Origin: Felis catus
Lineage: Eukaryota
Direction: 5' to 3'
DNA: 64,000 nucleotides
Assembly: GCF_018350175.1 (NCBI RefSeq)
Contig: NC_058368.1
Coordinates: forward strand, 42,472,001-42,536,000
Position numbers and translations under genes: made by a program. This document shows, piece after piece, positions 40,286 through 53,473 of the stretch (position 1 is its first letter; each line of letters opens with the position of its first letter). The notes under the pieces are model-generated. The model was not told the DNA's origin. It worked only from the letters and a program-made list of their open reading frames with translations, and searched no databases.

Positions 40286-42299
40286 CTATGAGGAATATTT
40301 CTCAACAAACTGCAAGTGATAAAATTGCTCTACCTTCCATCATTAGTAATTACTTTTGTTCCATATGGTAACAGAAAGAACACTTTACATTAGATTGTGC
40401 ATTGCCAAGTCACGTTTCCTTCTGATACAGTAACTGCCAAAACTTTGCCCATCAAACACCTGGATCACACTGAGAAATGCAATCACTGAGGTAGGCAATA
40501 AAATGTTCCTGTTTTGCTGGATAGAGCTAATTAAAAGTCAAGGTGTTCAATTTGGTACATCACAGAGAGTAATGCTTTATACAGTGTAGCCCAAGTTTTA
40601 TTTATTTACTTTTTTGAATCAAATTAGAGAACATAACATAGCATAATTTTAAATTATCAGAAAAGTCTGAGTTCAATCTACTTAAAGTCAAAACAATTGA
40701 TCAGTTCAAGGTTTAAAAAAAAGGTAGACAAAAATCATCTCTTGACTATATTGTAATTCACTGTTCCATGAACTACACAGAGGTTGTGTCTGTCAACCTT
40801 TTTTTCATTTTTCCCCTAGGTAGCCTTTTAGAGTTTTTTTTTTCTTAATTGTTAACTCGATGAAATTTTAATGCTACAGATAAAGGGTATAAATGTTTCT
40901 GTAATGTATGTATATCTGTGCTTTGTACATACAAAGAGTAAGATTTCTTTCACCACCCTCCCTCCAGGAACCAATTTTAGCCCCTTTGGGAGCCATATCT
41001 CCCATTGAGAAGGTATGAGTAGACAAAGCCCAAAGTTTTAAATTATGGAAAATATATTTTTATTTCATTTCAATGAAGCATTTATTTGCCAGTCACATAG
41101 TTTAACCCACTCTCAGATTTTTTTTTGTAGAAAGAATTTTGAATGAAAGAAGTGAGACAAATGAAGAGAAGCAGAGAAACTCTTTTTTTAACCATCTTTA
41201 AAGCAATATACTGCAGTTACTTCATGAGATGAGTTATTTCTGAATGTACAATTTCAACTATATTTACAAAGAAAGAGTTTTAAATTAACTCCAGAACTAT
41301 GCAACAGCCCCTTTTTGTGAATTCTAATTTTGTAAACTATACTCTCAATGGGGAGGGTGAGGATATGCAGGGGAAGAGGAACAAAGGAGAAAGTCAGCAA
41401 TAAATATATCCATGTATCAGAAATTTTGGTTGTAGATAGAAACACAAGGAGAAGATTGCCTGGGTTTTTTTACTTTTTATCTGGTTAGACTGGTATTATA
41501 TAGCAATTGTCTTACTTTTGAGTATACTTTATATGAAAAAATTATGAAAGACTAAAATTTGTCCTATCACTAATCTGTGCTACATCTCTACTTCATTGTT
41601 ATCTAATTGTCTTTGTGTATTTTTTAAATGGCTCTGTAGAGATAGAATTTAAACTATCAAAAAATGCATGACTTAATTTCAACTGCTTTAGATTGACCAC
41701 ACACTAATCCCCATGGCTACTGACCCAATGCTATAAAATCTATTAACTAATGATGAATGCTATTCAGTAACCATGAATCTACATGTTTTGGAGTATGGTG
41801 TATCAAGCTATTAGCACTGTTAAATAGTAATTGGATTTATGATTTGCATCTAGTTTTGGCGAGTGGGGATTTAAAGGTTAATGCTGGTCATCTAGCTAGG
41901 ATAGGCCTATGTGAACAGCATGCCTCCCACAATGAGCAGACTTTGGGACACCTGGCACAGAGGTGCTTTGCATATACCCTGGTGATGGTTTAAGTCCTGT
42001 GCAACCCACCCAGGAGTGTGAGTACAACAGAGCCTTTGCCTAACAGCTCTGGACTCTTTTCATTGCAGATACTCCTGCTGCTGCTGTTTTAAATCTTTTG
42101 CCTGTAATCAAGGTGTCCCATAAGAACCAATGACTCTTGAGGGTCCTTTTAGCAGTGGGAAAATTAAGGGGATTCTGAATGTGTAATTAATATAGATAGC
42201 AATACAAATAATTCTCATCCATAAAAGTATAAATTGTCTAGTGGAATGCAATTCATGAGGCCCCTCTGGTGACTGGCCTGTTTTGCCAGTTTGCATCCC

Positions 42300-42525
42300 T
42301 TTATTTATTATTATTATTTTTAATGTTTATTCTTTGAGAGAGAGAGAGAGAGAGAGAGAGCACAAGCAGTGGAGGGGCAGAGAGAGGGAGACACAGAATC
42401 TGAAGCAGTATCCAGGCTCTGAGCTGTCAGCACAGAGCCCAACATGGGGCTTGAACTCAGGAACCGCGAGATCATGACCTGAGCTGAAGTCTGATGCTTA
42501 ACCGACTGAGCCACCCAGGCATCCC
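42300..42525 (-). mobile_element. CanSINE (felid type)
   Basis: TSD ccagtttgcatcccttta. Confidence 0.97.
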
Positions 42526-45178
42526 AGTTTGCATCCCTTTATAAATTTATTGCAGCATTCTTTATCTGACTTTAATGTGTGGAATTTGGGGTTCCCCTTT
42601 GAATCAAATGTAATAACTTATTGACTCCCTCATTAATTAATGAATTAAATAAAATCTTTGTCATGTTTTAATTTTATATCTGGATGAGAGTAATACTTTT
42701 ATCCTGTTTACATTTTATCTTTTATCAACTCAAATAAGGAGTGGCAGCACAGCATAGTTTTAGGAACAAAGACACTAGTTAGACTTTTTCGGTTAGAATC
42801 CAAATGTTGCCAGCTTTGTGATTTTGGCAAAGTTACTTAAATCCTCCAAGTATCCATTTCAGCAATAGACAAAGGGTTTGCATAATATAAATTCCTTATA
42901 TATTTAAAAAAAAATCAATGGGCCTTTGTTTCCTATCAATGAATTGGGAACACCATCAGCTCCTCTCTCATGGGATTTTAAATTGAGTAAATGAGAAAAT
43001 GCATGCAATGAATGTAGACAGCCAAACTGCTGGAGCTAAATATTAGAAACTACTTGGAGTAGAAATGGGAGTAGTAGTGGTATTTGAATTGCTATCATTT
43101 CCTTTTTTCTTTTTCCTTTGTGACTGACAAAATGTTGGTTTTCTTCTTTCCTAATCTGTTAAACACATACATTCTTTTTTTCAGCCTCTTTCTCTTAGAT
43201 TTATTCAAAGATTGTCATATTTCTTTTGGTATTTGAAAACCCCCCAAACCTAGATGGAAACCCTCAAACCTAGATATTTGGATGCAGATCACTTTATCAG
43301 TCAGAGAATGCTGGAAACATAGCCACACAGAATCAGAGGAAATTAGATGGAAGTATTGCATTCGTCCTTATAAATTACTTTTAATTACCCCTCTCAGTTA
43401 AAAAAATTGTTATTTACCTCAAAAGTAGATCCTGACAAGGTTTGATAACTTTCAAAAATCAACTAGTGATTTTCCCAGAGTCTTCAAAAGTTTATCCAGT
43501 TGGAGGTGGGGGGTGGGGAGAAAAGATTAGGTAGGCCAGTTGAAAAATAAAGTACTAATCATTCCCACTCTTAGCATCTGACTAGAGTAAACTACTATTG
43601 AAATCAACCTGATAAAAAAAATATCGTCTTGGGAGTGAGGCTTAGTCAAGTGACCTACAAAACACATGGATGAGCAGTCACTGATATTTTTTCACTCTAA
43701 GCAGAACTGACTGTAATCAGGCTAGAGCTATTGATAAAAGCAAACACATTTCTCCTTTGTTCCACACATCTAAGTAGGCAAGAAAATACTACTAAAATCA
43801 TTATGTTCAAGAGGAGAAAATAAGAGGTTAACTTAAAGTGCTATGCTCTATTGAACCCAATATACATACTTTCCCCAAAGCAACAACAAATACACCTCAG
43901 AAATGCAATCAAGGTCTCAGATTCATTCTAGCAAACTTATTGTGCCAACCCATTATTAATGTTGCCTCTCAGGGAATTTCCATTTCCACGTGAGTTGGGC
44001 CAAATATTATTCACAACTTTATCGTATCTGACATTATCCATTTAAAAAGGGAAGAAATTTATATAATGAAGGAGGATGAACTTTAAGGTATGATAACAGA
44101 ACGCATCTTTAAAAAAAGAAAAGAAAAAGGAAAAGAAAGTGTCTTGACATATTTGTAAAGAATTTATGATACTGACACTAATTGGTGGCAAATTTGATAG
44201 GTTATAGATAAGTGAGTTGTCTTAGTTGAGGAGCAATTCTGTAGCTCCACTTTTCTGTATTCCTTTCCACGCCAATCACGGAAAATGCCGGTGAACGGGC
44301 CCAGCTGAATTGAGCCATTGAAGGCAAGAGTAGGGAATTAATTGTGTTCTCTTGCTTCTTTTCCTACTGCCAAAGAAAAGCACTATTGTCCTCCTTGAAG
44401 GATTCCCTTTCAGCCTTAAGGATCACTGCCAACTTCATTGAGAAAGTCAAACTGCATATCCAAGTGGAAGTAAGGGGGGCTCACCACCAGCTTTGTTCTT
44501 AGGAGAGGGAAGTGTGATGGGTTCTAAACATAAGCATCACTGAATATCACATTTTAAATTTACTTTAAAGTGGCTTAATGAAAAATGAGAAACACAGAAG
44601 AGTGAGAAAGAAAACAGAATAAACTATAAATTTATAGCCTGAATAAAAGTTACACTGAATGCTATTTATAATGTCGTCTATGTACGTATGCTATGAAATT
44701 ACACTTGTTAAATGCATCAGAGCCTCTGAACCACAGAGAGCAATCTTATCTGAAGTAATAATATAAATGTCCACTTTCACAGATGAATGGATACATTGGA
44801 TTAAAAAAAAAGCACTTTTCTTAATGTGACCTAATTAAGGGTGTAAATTAAAAAAGATTTTGAGCCATAAAAATGTCAGATCTCAAAGTATAACTTACTT
44901 GAGGATTTGAAGATAACCCACATAAAATGCAAGAACTATTCAGTTACTACCCAAGAAAAGGACGTTCTAGTATTCCTTATGGAATTCAGGTATGTTGACT
45001 CAATGATCAGGACTAGAATATATGAAATATTAAGAACAGTGTAACATCACTATATAAATGAGAAATGACATTAAATTTCCAACACTGAGTTTGTCTGAAC
45101 TCAATACAATTTAGCAGCCTAACTGGCAGTTAAGGCTTTGTATGGACAATGTTAAACAATTTTACAGTAAGGAAATAC

Positions 45179-45380
45179 CTACTTTCTCTTTAGGAGCAAA
45201 GATTGTATGCTGCAGAAGCTTTTGCTGTGGATACTGGATAGAAGGATACACCTCTCCATAACCAAACAAGATGTTATATTCATTAGGTTAAATGTCTTCA
45301 TAGCTCTTGGCACTTGCAATAGAACTGGGCAGGAACTAGTCTGTAATTTTGTTCACTGTTCTAGCTGGGATTTCATTTTC
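45179..45380 (-). pseudogene. Exon remnant ENEIPARTVNKITD*FLPSSIASAKSYEDI*PNEYNILFGYGEVYPSIQYPQQKLLQHTIFAPKEKV (Tyr-rich linker)
   Basis: 67 codons with two stops (TAG, TAA). Donor AG|gtattt gives phase 1, matching the next exon. Acceptor uncertain (45381 or 45446). Confidence 0.7.
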
Positions 45381-47040
45381 CTAGACTTCCCACAACAAAG
45401 ACACATTGTTATTTTTTGTTGTTGTTGAATTCTGGGCAAATAACCCTACAGAAAACCTCTAAGAAATACTGGATACGTATAGTAAAAACTGTGAAATGCA
45501 TAAGCCAACAGTTTTATTCGGTAATAAATTCAATCATATGGCATAATTGCCATATGGCACAATGGATTTTGTTTGTTTATCTGTGCTTCATTAAAGTGAG
45601 CTCCCAGCATTTCTTCTTTGTTTGTGAAAGATCTATTATAAAAGTGACTTCTTGTAAGCCAAGCCAGGTGAAATGTATGTGTACACATTAAATTAACTTT
45701 CCAAGTGGCCACAGCTTTCTGAAAAGTATGAAGCCATAGAACATGATAGTATTCAATGGGAGATTGGCCTGAACTAAAGATCAAAATTTAATCAAGCTCC
45801 CAAATATTTATATCTATGGCATTGCAGCACCTTCACACTGTAACCCATTTATCCTAAATACCTTTTCCTAACAAGTAATTTTCTGGATGTCACCACAATT
45901 TACCAGGGTCAGCATCTAAATGTAGAACAAGTAACTTATTTAAATTAGTTTATTTGGTCAGAAAAAAAGCTGGATGACCTGGCATGCATCATATGATTAT
46001 TAATGTAGTTGTGCTTGGGATTTAAAACATCTTTGCAGTAGCAGGTGGCTTATAACAGTGAATTAAAGCATAGACAGTTAAGATCACGTTTAGAATATAT
46101 CAAGTAAGAAATAGAATGTCCTTTCAGCAAGGCTGTAGTGAATGGAAAAACAAAAGCTTAAATGAAAATCCATTGTAGGCCTAAAGCCTTAAGAGGTTTA
46201 CAAGTTTGCTTCTTTTTCCTTTTTGGGTTTGTTGATTTTGTTGTTGTTATTGTTGTTGTTATGATCCTCGTCATTTAATCAACTGGGTTTTGGATCTTAA
46301 ACTGGAATAAAATACATAATGCACCCTTACATTATCTAAAAGTAATCATCTATGAGAGCTTAATTGTTATAACAGGATCAACACAACACCAACTACTTCC
46401 TTCTGAACACTACCATTGCAACAGTAAATAAGGAAAGATTTCATTCATTTCCACATCAATCTTTCTTCTTTTAAAAAATTAAGTGACTATTAAAATATCT
46501 TTCAAACATATTCTTAGCCTATGCTGTCTAGTATAAGATGGGTAAATGCACAATGTACCACTCAGCAATACACTAGCAGAGAAAAAAGAACATGGAACAA
46601 AATACAGTCAAGTAGACAAAACAAAACATATGATCTGGAATTGTGGTGACTTACATAGGGAAATGACACCAACTCATTTGTTCTCTCGAGATGCAGCAGA
46701 ACTTAAACTCACGCACTAATTGGCCAAATGATGTAATCTGCCTTGAGATGTGGAAACGGACACGTTTTAGAAATGTATAAGCAATGATTTGTAATGGCTC
46801 TTAAACCACTAAGATAGGGTATGCAGGAGCGAGCCAGATGAATAACCTCACGACCTCAAAGAATGGTGCAAGTTAGTTAGGAACATACTGAGCTAGATAT
46901 TCATGAGTGGGTTGGGTTTAGAACATTGTGTCTTAAGCACATTAATGGCTTTCGTTGTATACAGATCTTTCATTGTCAATTTTTTTTAGAAACTATGTAA
47001 CTACATGCAGAAAACAACAATGATTATGCATTCATCTTAC

Positions 47041-47088
47041 TCTAACTTTATAACTTCGTATGCCGCTTCTTTAATAATCTCATGCCAT
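47041..47088 (-). pseudogene. Exon remnant (R)WHEIIKEAAYEVIKL (PH1 C-terminal helix with conserved Trp; YEVI motif)
   Basis: Open 48-nt frame, donor GA|gtaaga. The acceptor reads ttttctgttcttatGG (AG to GG). Confidence 0.65.
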
Positions 47089-48187
47089 CCATAAGAACAG
47101 AAAATATTTTTAAATATATGAGGAATTTAAGAAGACTTTCTATTTTTTCCCAAGCCTGTATATGTAGGTAGCATGTAAATTAAAAAACAAGTCTTCTAGA
47201 CTGTACTACATATCATGCCTGTGCATTAAGAGAGAGTATCTTCATAAAGGCCCTGGAGAAAGCTGATGGCATTTCCAGAAAACACATTAATACTTATGTC
47301 ATTGTTCTTACTCTGGGACTATATGCAATCACATGATGAAATGTGCAATATAGATTTTTTCTTTGTATACAGGCCACCTCTGTGGACGCTGATACTGCCT
47401 GTTATGAATACGAATCTTTACTAGCCCTCACTCATGGCTAACACCTAGAATGTGGGGTTAGAAATGAGTGTTGAATTCCTTTCTCTGCCACTCAACAATG
47501 TGGCGTTTCCTACTGGAACCCTTTCCTTTTGCTTCTCCCTTTTCTCCTTTAATCTTTGTACTACTCAATCTTGGAGATTCAGTTTAAAGTATGAATTTCT
47601 CTAATTATCTCTAACTCTTCCCTGGCACAACAAACAAAGTTGCTTTTTCATTATTGCTTACATAGTACTTTACCATAGTTCAATTACATTGTATCAGTAT
47701 TTAGTCACGGGAATACTTGACCCAATATGACAAATATTAGGTTTCATTAATATTTGAGTCCTCAGTGTCATATAATAAGCCCTCTTTAAAACCTTGCTAA
47801 AATAAATTGGTGTTTCTTCTTTTTATGTAACATTTGGTAGTTTTCAATTTACTTTCTCATATATTAAAACACAGAAGAATATAGATTTTGTAATAAGGAG
47901 TCAGCATATGTTTAAGTAGCTTAAAAACATCTGTTTTGAGGAAATTACTCAGACCACTGCAGAGGAAATTGGCCTAGAGGCACTATTCTATTGAGAAGGA
48001 ACATTCCACTGTTAACAAACTCTACCTACTTATTAATTAATCTATTTAACAACTACTGACTTCCTACCATATACTCTGCAAGATTCTGAAGACACCAAAT
48101 AATGACAAAGTCAGTACCTCAAAACAACTCAGAATTGAGCAGTGAGACAGACATATATACAAAGCTATCATAAAATAATCTTTATCT

Positions 48188-48372
48188 GGGGGCTCCTGGG
48201 TGGCTCAGTCTGTTAAGGATCCAACTTCGGCTCAGGTCAGGATCTCACAGTTCATGGGTTCGGGCCCTGCATCAGGTTCTGTGCTGACAGCTCAGAGCCT
48301 GGAGGCTGCTTCAGATTCTGTGTCTCCCTCTCTCTCTGCCCCATCCTGCTTGTGCTGTCTCTCTCTCAAAAA

Positions 48373-48411
<39 letters not shown>

Positions 48412-48430
48412 ATATTAAAATAATAAAATA
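48188..48430 (+). mobile_element. CanSINE with (AAAT)n tail
   Basis: Full body. Confidence 0.96.
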
Positions 48431-49259
48431 ACCTTCATATGTTTCAGGGTACTCCTGCATAATAATAATTATTTTGAAAATGTGGGAATTGTAAAATGTC
48501 AGAATAAATGGACATTATAAGATTTGGAAATATAATTAATTTTGGCCTTATGTGTAGTCAGAGACATATAGATTTTTATTCTTCCTTCTCCTAGAAGCTC
48601 CAACTATTTGTCTCACAAGCAAACAATGAGCATGAGTTATTATTTTAAAATGTGTTGAACCTGCAGGCCCCATGAGTTACTGTATTGGGACTGAGGAAAT
48701 CCGCTCTGTGTTCTTCCAGAGAATTACAACATATTGCTGCCTAGAGCAATGTTAACTTTTAATGTCTTTGTTGTGGTATCTTAAACTTTTTTTTCCCCCT
48801 CATACAGAATAGTTATTCTTCTCTGCCCTTTTCCACATTACTTTGTATTGTGCGCTCTAATCTTTGTTACATACTATCAGCAATCTCAAGAGAATGCCAC
48901 TTAAGAGTATACCCCTTTCAGAATTTTGAGTTAGAAAAAGTCCTTGTATAATAGCAATGAATAGAATCCTCTAGATGCATGATCATATGGATGTTGCTCT
49001 CTGTAAGAAAAAAATCTTTTGTTATATAGTGGAAAGTTGTCTGAAATTGAGAGTGCAAGAGATTTGGCACGACTTGGGATCTGCCATTAAATAAATGTGT
49101 GTAATCTTAAAGAACTCGTGTAGTTGCCAGGGGCTTCAGTGTTCTCACTAGCTCTAGATTGCTTGCTTCGTTCCTTTTTGTTTTTTTGTGTTTTTTTTTT
49201 TTGATGGTCTAATTGATCATAATGAATATACTCAAAACACATTATTTTAAGAAGAACTT

Positions 49260-49475
49260 GAGGAGCTCCGGGGCAGCTTAGTCGGTTGAGTGTCCAACTT
49301 CGGCTCAGGTCATCATCTCACGGCTTGTGAGTTTGAGCCTCATGTTTGTGTGCTGGCAGCACAGAGCCTGGAGCCTGCTTTGGATTCTGTGTCTCCCTCT
49401 CTCTCTGACCCTCCCCTGCTTGCACTCTGTCACTCTCTCTCTCACAAAATACATAAACGTTAAAAAAAAAAGAAA
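49260..49475 (+). mobile_element. CanSINE
   Basis: TSD aagaacttga. Confidence 0.94.
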
Positions 49476-50254
49476 AAGAACTTGAATCTATCTTAAGATG
49501 ACCAAGTTGGATTTATTGACAAGGCCTCTCCCAATGTCCATTAATTGGTCTAGATTCCTGATTGTGTACTTATGTTGTTTTTTTGTTCTTATTTATGAAT
49601 AACTGAATTACAGATGGGACACTTCCAACTGCAATAAAGGAAATTAATTTCTATATAAATACAATATGGCACTGTAACCACCAAGCATTTTCTCACAGAC
49701 TGCAGATACCTGCATAGAGGGATCAATATCTCTGAAATGTCTTACCTCTTTACTACATTATATATATATTTTTTTTTTCTAGGTTACTCCTAACAAGAAC
49801 CGCATGAAGAATATGTTTTTGTCATTTATAGATGAAAAAGTTGAGGCTCAGTGTGAAGTTAACAGTTAAGAAGCAAGCATTCTACTCAGCTGAATGTAAC
49901 TTTCCCATTCCAGAAATCCTCCAAGGAGATGAAGCAAATAATATTGCTTTTAAAGTATAGATTAGTTAACCCATGAAATTAATTTTATTCTTTCTGAAAA
50001 ATTATTTGTTGCTATTTTGTTAGTAACACAAATGTTGAAAATAGTTACTCAGGAGAGCTAATCAAAATTAGTATGCAAATTCCCTACTTTTGCCGTAGGC
50101 TTTCTCATTCATTCATTCGTTCAATCAGGTATTAATATCACTGCTTTTAAATTAGTTTGGTTCTGCCCTTTAAACTTGGAAAGACAAAAATCTATTCACT
50201 TGTATGGACATGTTGTCGTAAAGGACCTCCTTCTACCCATCTTTATACACTTAC

Positions 50255-50350
50255 CTGATTCACAAAAGATAGGTTCCTAGAAGCAAAAAGCAAATAAATC
50301 GAGACTGCCATGGTTTGCTACTTTTAAATGGACATATGGCAGCATATTTC
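50255..50350 (-). pseudogene. Exon remnant ..YVHLKVANHGSLDLFAF/ASRNLSFVNQ (PH1 beta5-beta7)
   Basis: Acceptor catttcttacag, consensus donor CAG|gtaagt; 96 nt; frameshift needed. Confidence 0.65.
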
Positions 50351-50404
50351 CTGTAAGAAATGCTGAGAGATGTAACCACCCAGAACTCCTCTTTCCTCTC
50401 CTAG

Positions 50405-50514
50405 CTGATCTCCAGTTCGAGCAAATCAAGACGTGGCTGTGTTCCAACATAGCATCTTTATTCACATGTTCAAGGCAAAGAAGAATGCTCTCCATCCTTT
50501 ATAAACACACTTGG
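50405..50514 (-). pseudogene. Exon remnant KCVYKGWRAFFFALNM*IKMLCW (PH1 beta2-beta3)
   Basis: Matches the PH consensus KxWxxxxFxLxxxxxLxY/W. Boundaries uncertain; an AG lies at 50497-50498. Confidence 0.6.
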
Positions 50515-50949
50515 TTGAGGAGAAAAACTGTCATTACTTATGTTTCCTTTTTGTTTTTAGCATAAGCTGAAGACCTACTTTCATTTTCTTTTACTCAGAT
50601 ATGTGTCTTTCTAAAGCAGTTTTATGACACCCATCATTGGTTACTATAATTATTAAATTATGAAAGCATGGTTAGGAGAGAGTCTGTGCTTACACTTAAA
50701 CTCAATATTGTCATCTTATTCTTGTTTCATCTAAAGACAATATAAGGTATTAGAGAACCAACTTATTCTGTATATTAAGAGGAAATTAAAATTTTCCAAA
50801 AAGTTATTTAAAAAAACAAGTTTCTGTACTTTTCCTTCATAAAACAACCACAGTAAATTATAAAACATCTGTTATTTATATGTATGTTATATACTATTGC
50901 TCAAAATTAGTTCAGATTAATTAAACAATCAGTACTAAGGAATAACCTA

Positions 50950-51168
50950 GGGGCACCTGGGTGGCTCAATCAGTTGAGCATCTGACTCTTACTTTTGGCT
51001 CAGGTCATGATCACGTGGTTCATGGGATTGAGCCCCGCTTTGGGTTTTGTGCTGACAGTATAGAGCCTGCTTGGGATTGTTTCTCTCCCTCTCTCTCTAC
51101 CCCCCCCCCCGCTTGCATGTGCACTCTCTCTCTCTCTCTCAAAATAAATAAATAAACTTAAAAAAAAA
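50950..51168 (+). mobile_element. CanSINE
   Basis: Full body, A tail. Confidence 0.95.
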
Positions 51169-51956
51169 GAATCACCCCACTCTTAATTCTCAAAATGTGC
51201 TTCATGTAAAGAGTTAAACAAAAACAAAAACAAAAATTCTTGCTATCATGCCTAGCCATGACTGAATATGTCTTCACTTTTATTGTAATTTATACAATTG
51301 TTATGAATCATAACTTTGTTTTCTTTATTTTCAAATACTAAATAATAATGAATCCACAGTCTCAAAAGAGTAAAATGCATGCATTCCATAACTGCTAAGT
51401 ATTGTTAAAACAATGGCATTTGTAGTATGCCATACTGCTATCCACTAGAGACAAGGAAGATCAAACTGAGTTTTAAGTATGCTTAGGTCTTTGTTATTCA
51501 TGACAAATAAATACAGTAAATGAAAACCCTAAACTCAACTAGATAAATGATTAGAGAGGGTCTCAGATGTTGTAGGCATATATATTCATTTGAAGACTTT
51601 AATATATACTTACTAAATATCCAACATGTATATAGGAATATTATAGGTATAATGAAAAATAAGGATATATAAACAACCTATTCTCTTTCCTCAAGCATTT
51701 TTCAATCGTGTGAAGTAGAAAAGGATGTTAAAAATTAATTCTGTAACAAGGTAGAAGGTCCTATGAGGCTTTGTAATCAGTTCTTAGCTGTAAAACAATA
51801 AACATATTGTTGGCTGCCCAGTATTAATTTATGACAAACCCAAAGCACTTTTCAAGCTACATTATTCTTTATTAAATTTAATAACCTAACATCTACTAGA
51901 GTATCACCCCTACCTTTCTTGCGGTATTATTTGTTGATGTAGATCACTGACCTCAC

Positions 51957-52152
51957 CTGAAGTAATTCTCTCTTGTTTTGATTAATTTTTTGGAGGAGGA
52001 AGTGGAGGAGGAGGAGGAAACAAAAGGAACCTTCTTTTGAAATACACAGTGAATTAGAAGAAATGGGAATAGAAGGCAGATTTTGGATTCTCTTTGATTT
52101 TTCATCTTTCCCCACTGTGGTCATTGCTTGTCTACATTAGATTCCAGCTGAC
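51957..52152 (-). pseudogene. Exon remnant GQLESNVDK..MTTVGKDEKSKRIQNLPSIP..PPPPPLPPP..LIK..ELLQ (polyproline 2 and start of PH1)
   Basis: Acceptor attactctgccag, donor CAG|gtgagg. Frameshifts are needed to join the segments. Confidence 0.7.
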
Positions 52153-52937
52153 CTGGCAGAGTAATATTATTGTTCAGGATGCCTTATTCTTGTGGGACTA
52201 AAACCTTTCACTGGTGTTGAGAAGAGATTTCTGTGTGCCTTCTGTGTGATGCATTCCTGTCAATGGCATGAGTGTATTCAGTTTCACCCCTTTAGGTTTT
52301 ACTTTTTTACAGATTCCCAAGATCTATACCAGATGGGACCTGGTACAACTACATAAATTAACACATTAGGGAAGTGACTTGTTTATGTCAACATAGCCAA
52401 TGGCAGGCCTAAAACTAGAAATCAGGTCATGTGGAAGCAAAAGGATCCTGGGCTTGGAATCAGAGCAGAGCGCAAATCCTAGTTCTGCATCTCATGAAAC
52501 TTCTGATTTGGGGCAAGTTTTGAGCCTCAGTTTTCCTGTCTGCAAAATTGGAAATTTGCAGAAACGTGTGAAAATTTAGTGGAATAATTGATATAAAGTG
52601 TCTGTGTCTGACAGAGTAGACATGCATAAGATGTTCACCCCTTTTTCTTCTTAGTTCCTAGATCAGTACTCTCCATGGTATGCCACTGGGCCTCCCACAG
52701 ACATGGATTTAGACCTATGATGTCATCATATCTGGAAGCTCCTCTGTGACTCTGCAGCCTGTGCCTTAGTGCATAAACACAGTGCATGTGCGTTAGTGTT
52801 GCTGATGCACGAAGAATCAACTGGGTTAGGGAAAAATTAATTCTTATCCTTTATTCTTAATCCTTGTTCCCTTTGCCCATACCTGTGTAAGTGTTGTGTA
52901 GAGGCCATGGCTTGAAATAAAAGCTCTTTGACCTTAC

Positions 52938-53037
52938 CTGGTCAGAGGTAGGAGAGAACAAAAATATGAGCGGGGAGGGGGGGGGGAAGGGGCGGGGGGA
53001 GAAGAATCTCTCCTCTCCCCTGTGCAGAAATATTAAG
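52938..53037 (-). pseudogene. Exon remnant LNISAQGRGEILLPPPLPPPLPAHIFVLSYL*P (polyproline 1)
   Basis: Acceptor aatttttctgcag, donor CAG|gtaagg; 100 nt, phase 0 to 1; one in-frame TGA. Confidence 0.75.
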
Positions 53038-53473
53038 CTGCAGAAAAATTACAGCATGAGTATGGACATGGTAATACATGAAGGAGGAGAAGTAAGTAAG
53101 TTCTGGAAATTTTTGAAACCATGTTTCACTTACCTCTTTCATTATCAGTATCACCATCATCCAGTCTATGATGCATTTGAAATTTATATATTCTTAGTTC
53201 TAAACTCAATAAAGTGAAGAGTAAGTGATCTATAAACACCACTCATATATTCCAATGGACTTGTCTCTCTTAAATTATCACTTATTTTTGCTTGATTTGT
53301 CTTAGATTGATCTGACATTTTTGACATTTATAGTGTCCATTTAAAAAGATTCTTCTAATGCTATAATGTCAATCATTACAATATATAAATGTAGCAAATC
53401 AACATGTTATATACCTTAAACTTACACAATGTTATATGTCAAATATATTTCAATTAAAGAAAGTTTCTTCTTA

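Noticed and set aside
47050..47083. loxP-like half site ATAACTTCGTAT
   Set aside because: 12 of 13 bases match one arm, but the second arm matches only about 6 of 13. It is the reverse complement of the exon's AYEVI codons.
47041..47088. LDH pseudogene fragment (AYEVIKL also occurs in LDH)
   Set aside because: No flanking LDH similarity (no GYTSWAIG), and the segment fits the PH helix in the exon chain.
50255..50276. 22-nt micro-exon using the ttgcttctag acceptor
   Set aside because: The longer exon 50255-50350 explains the PH beta5-7 sequence better; the micro-exon is not fully excluded.
28247..52152. Assignment to SH3BP2, STAP1/2, CLNK, SKAP or FYB
   Set aside because: Similarity is only at motif level, and the domain order (Pro-PH-PH-SH2) differs from each; no gene symbol given.
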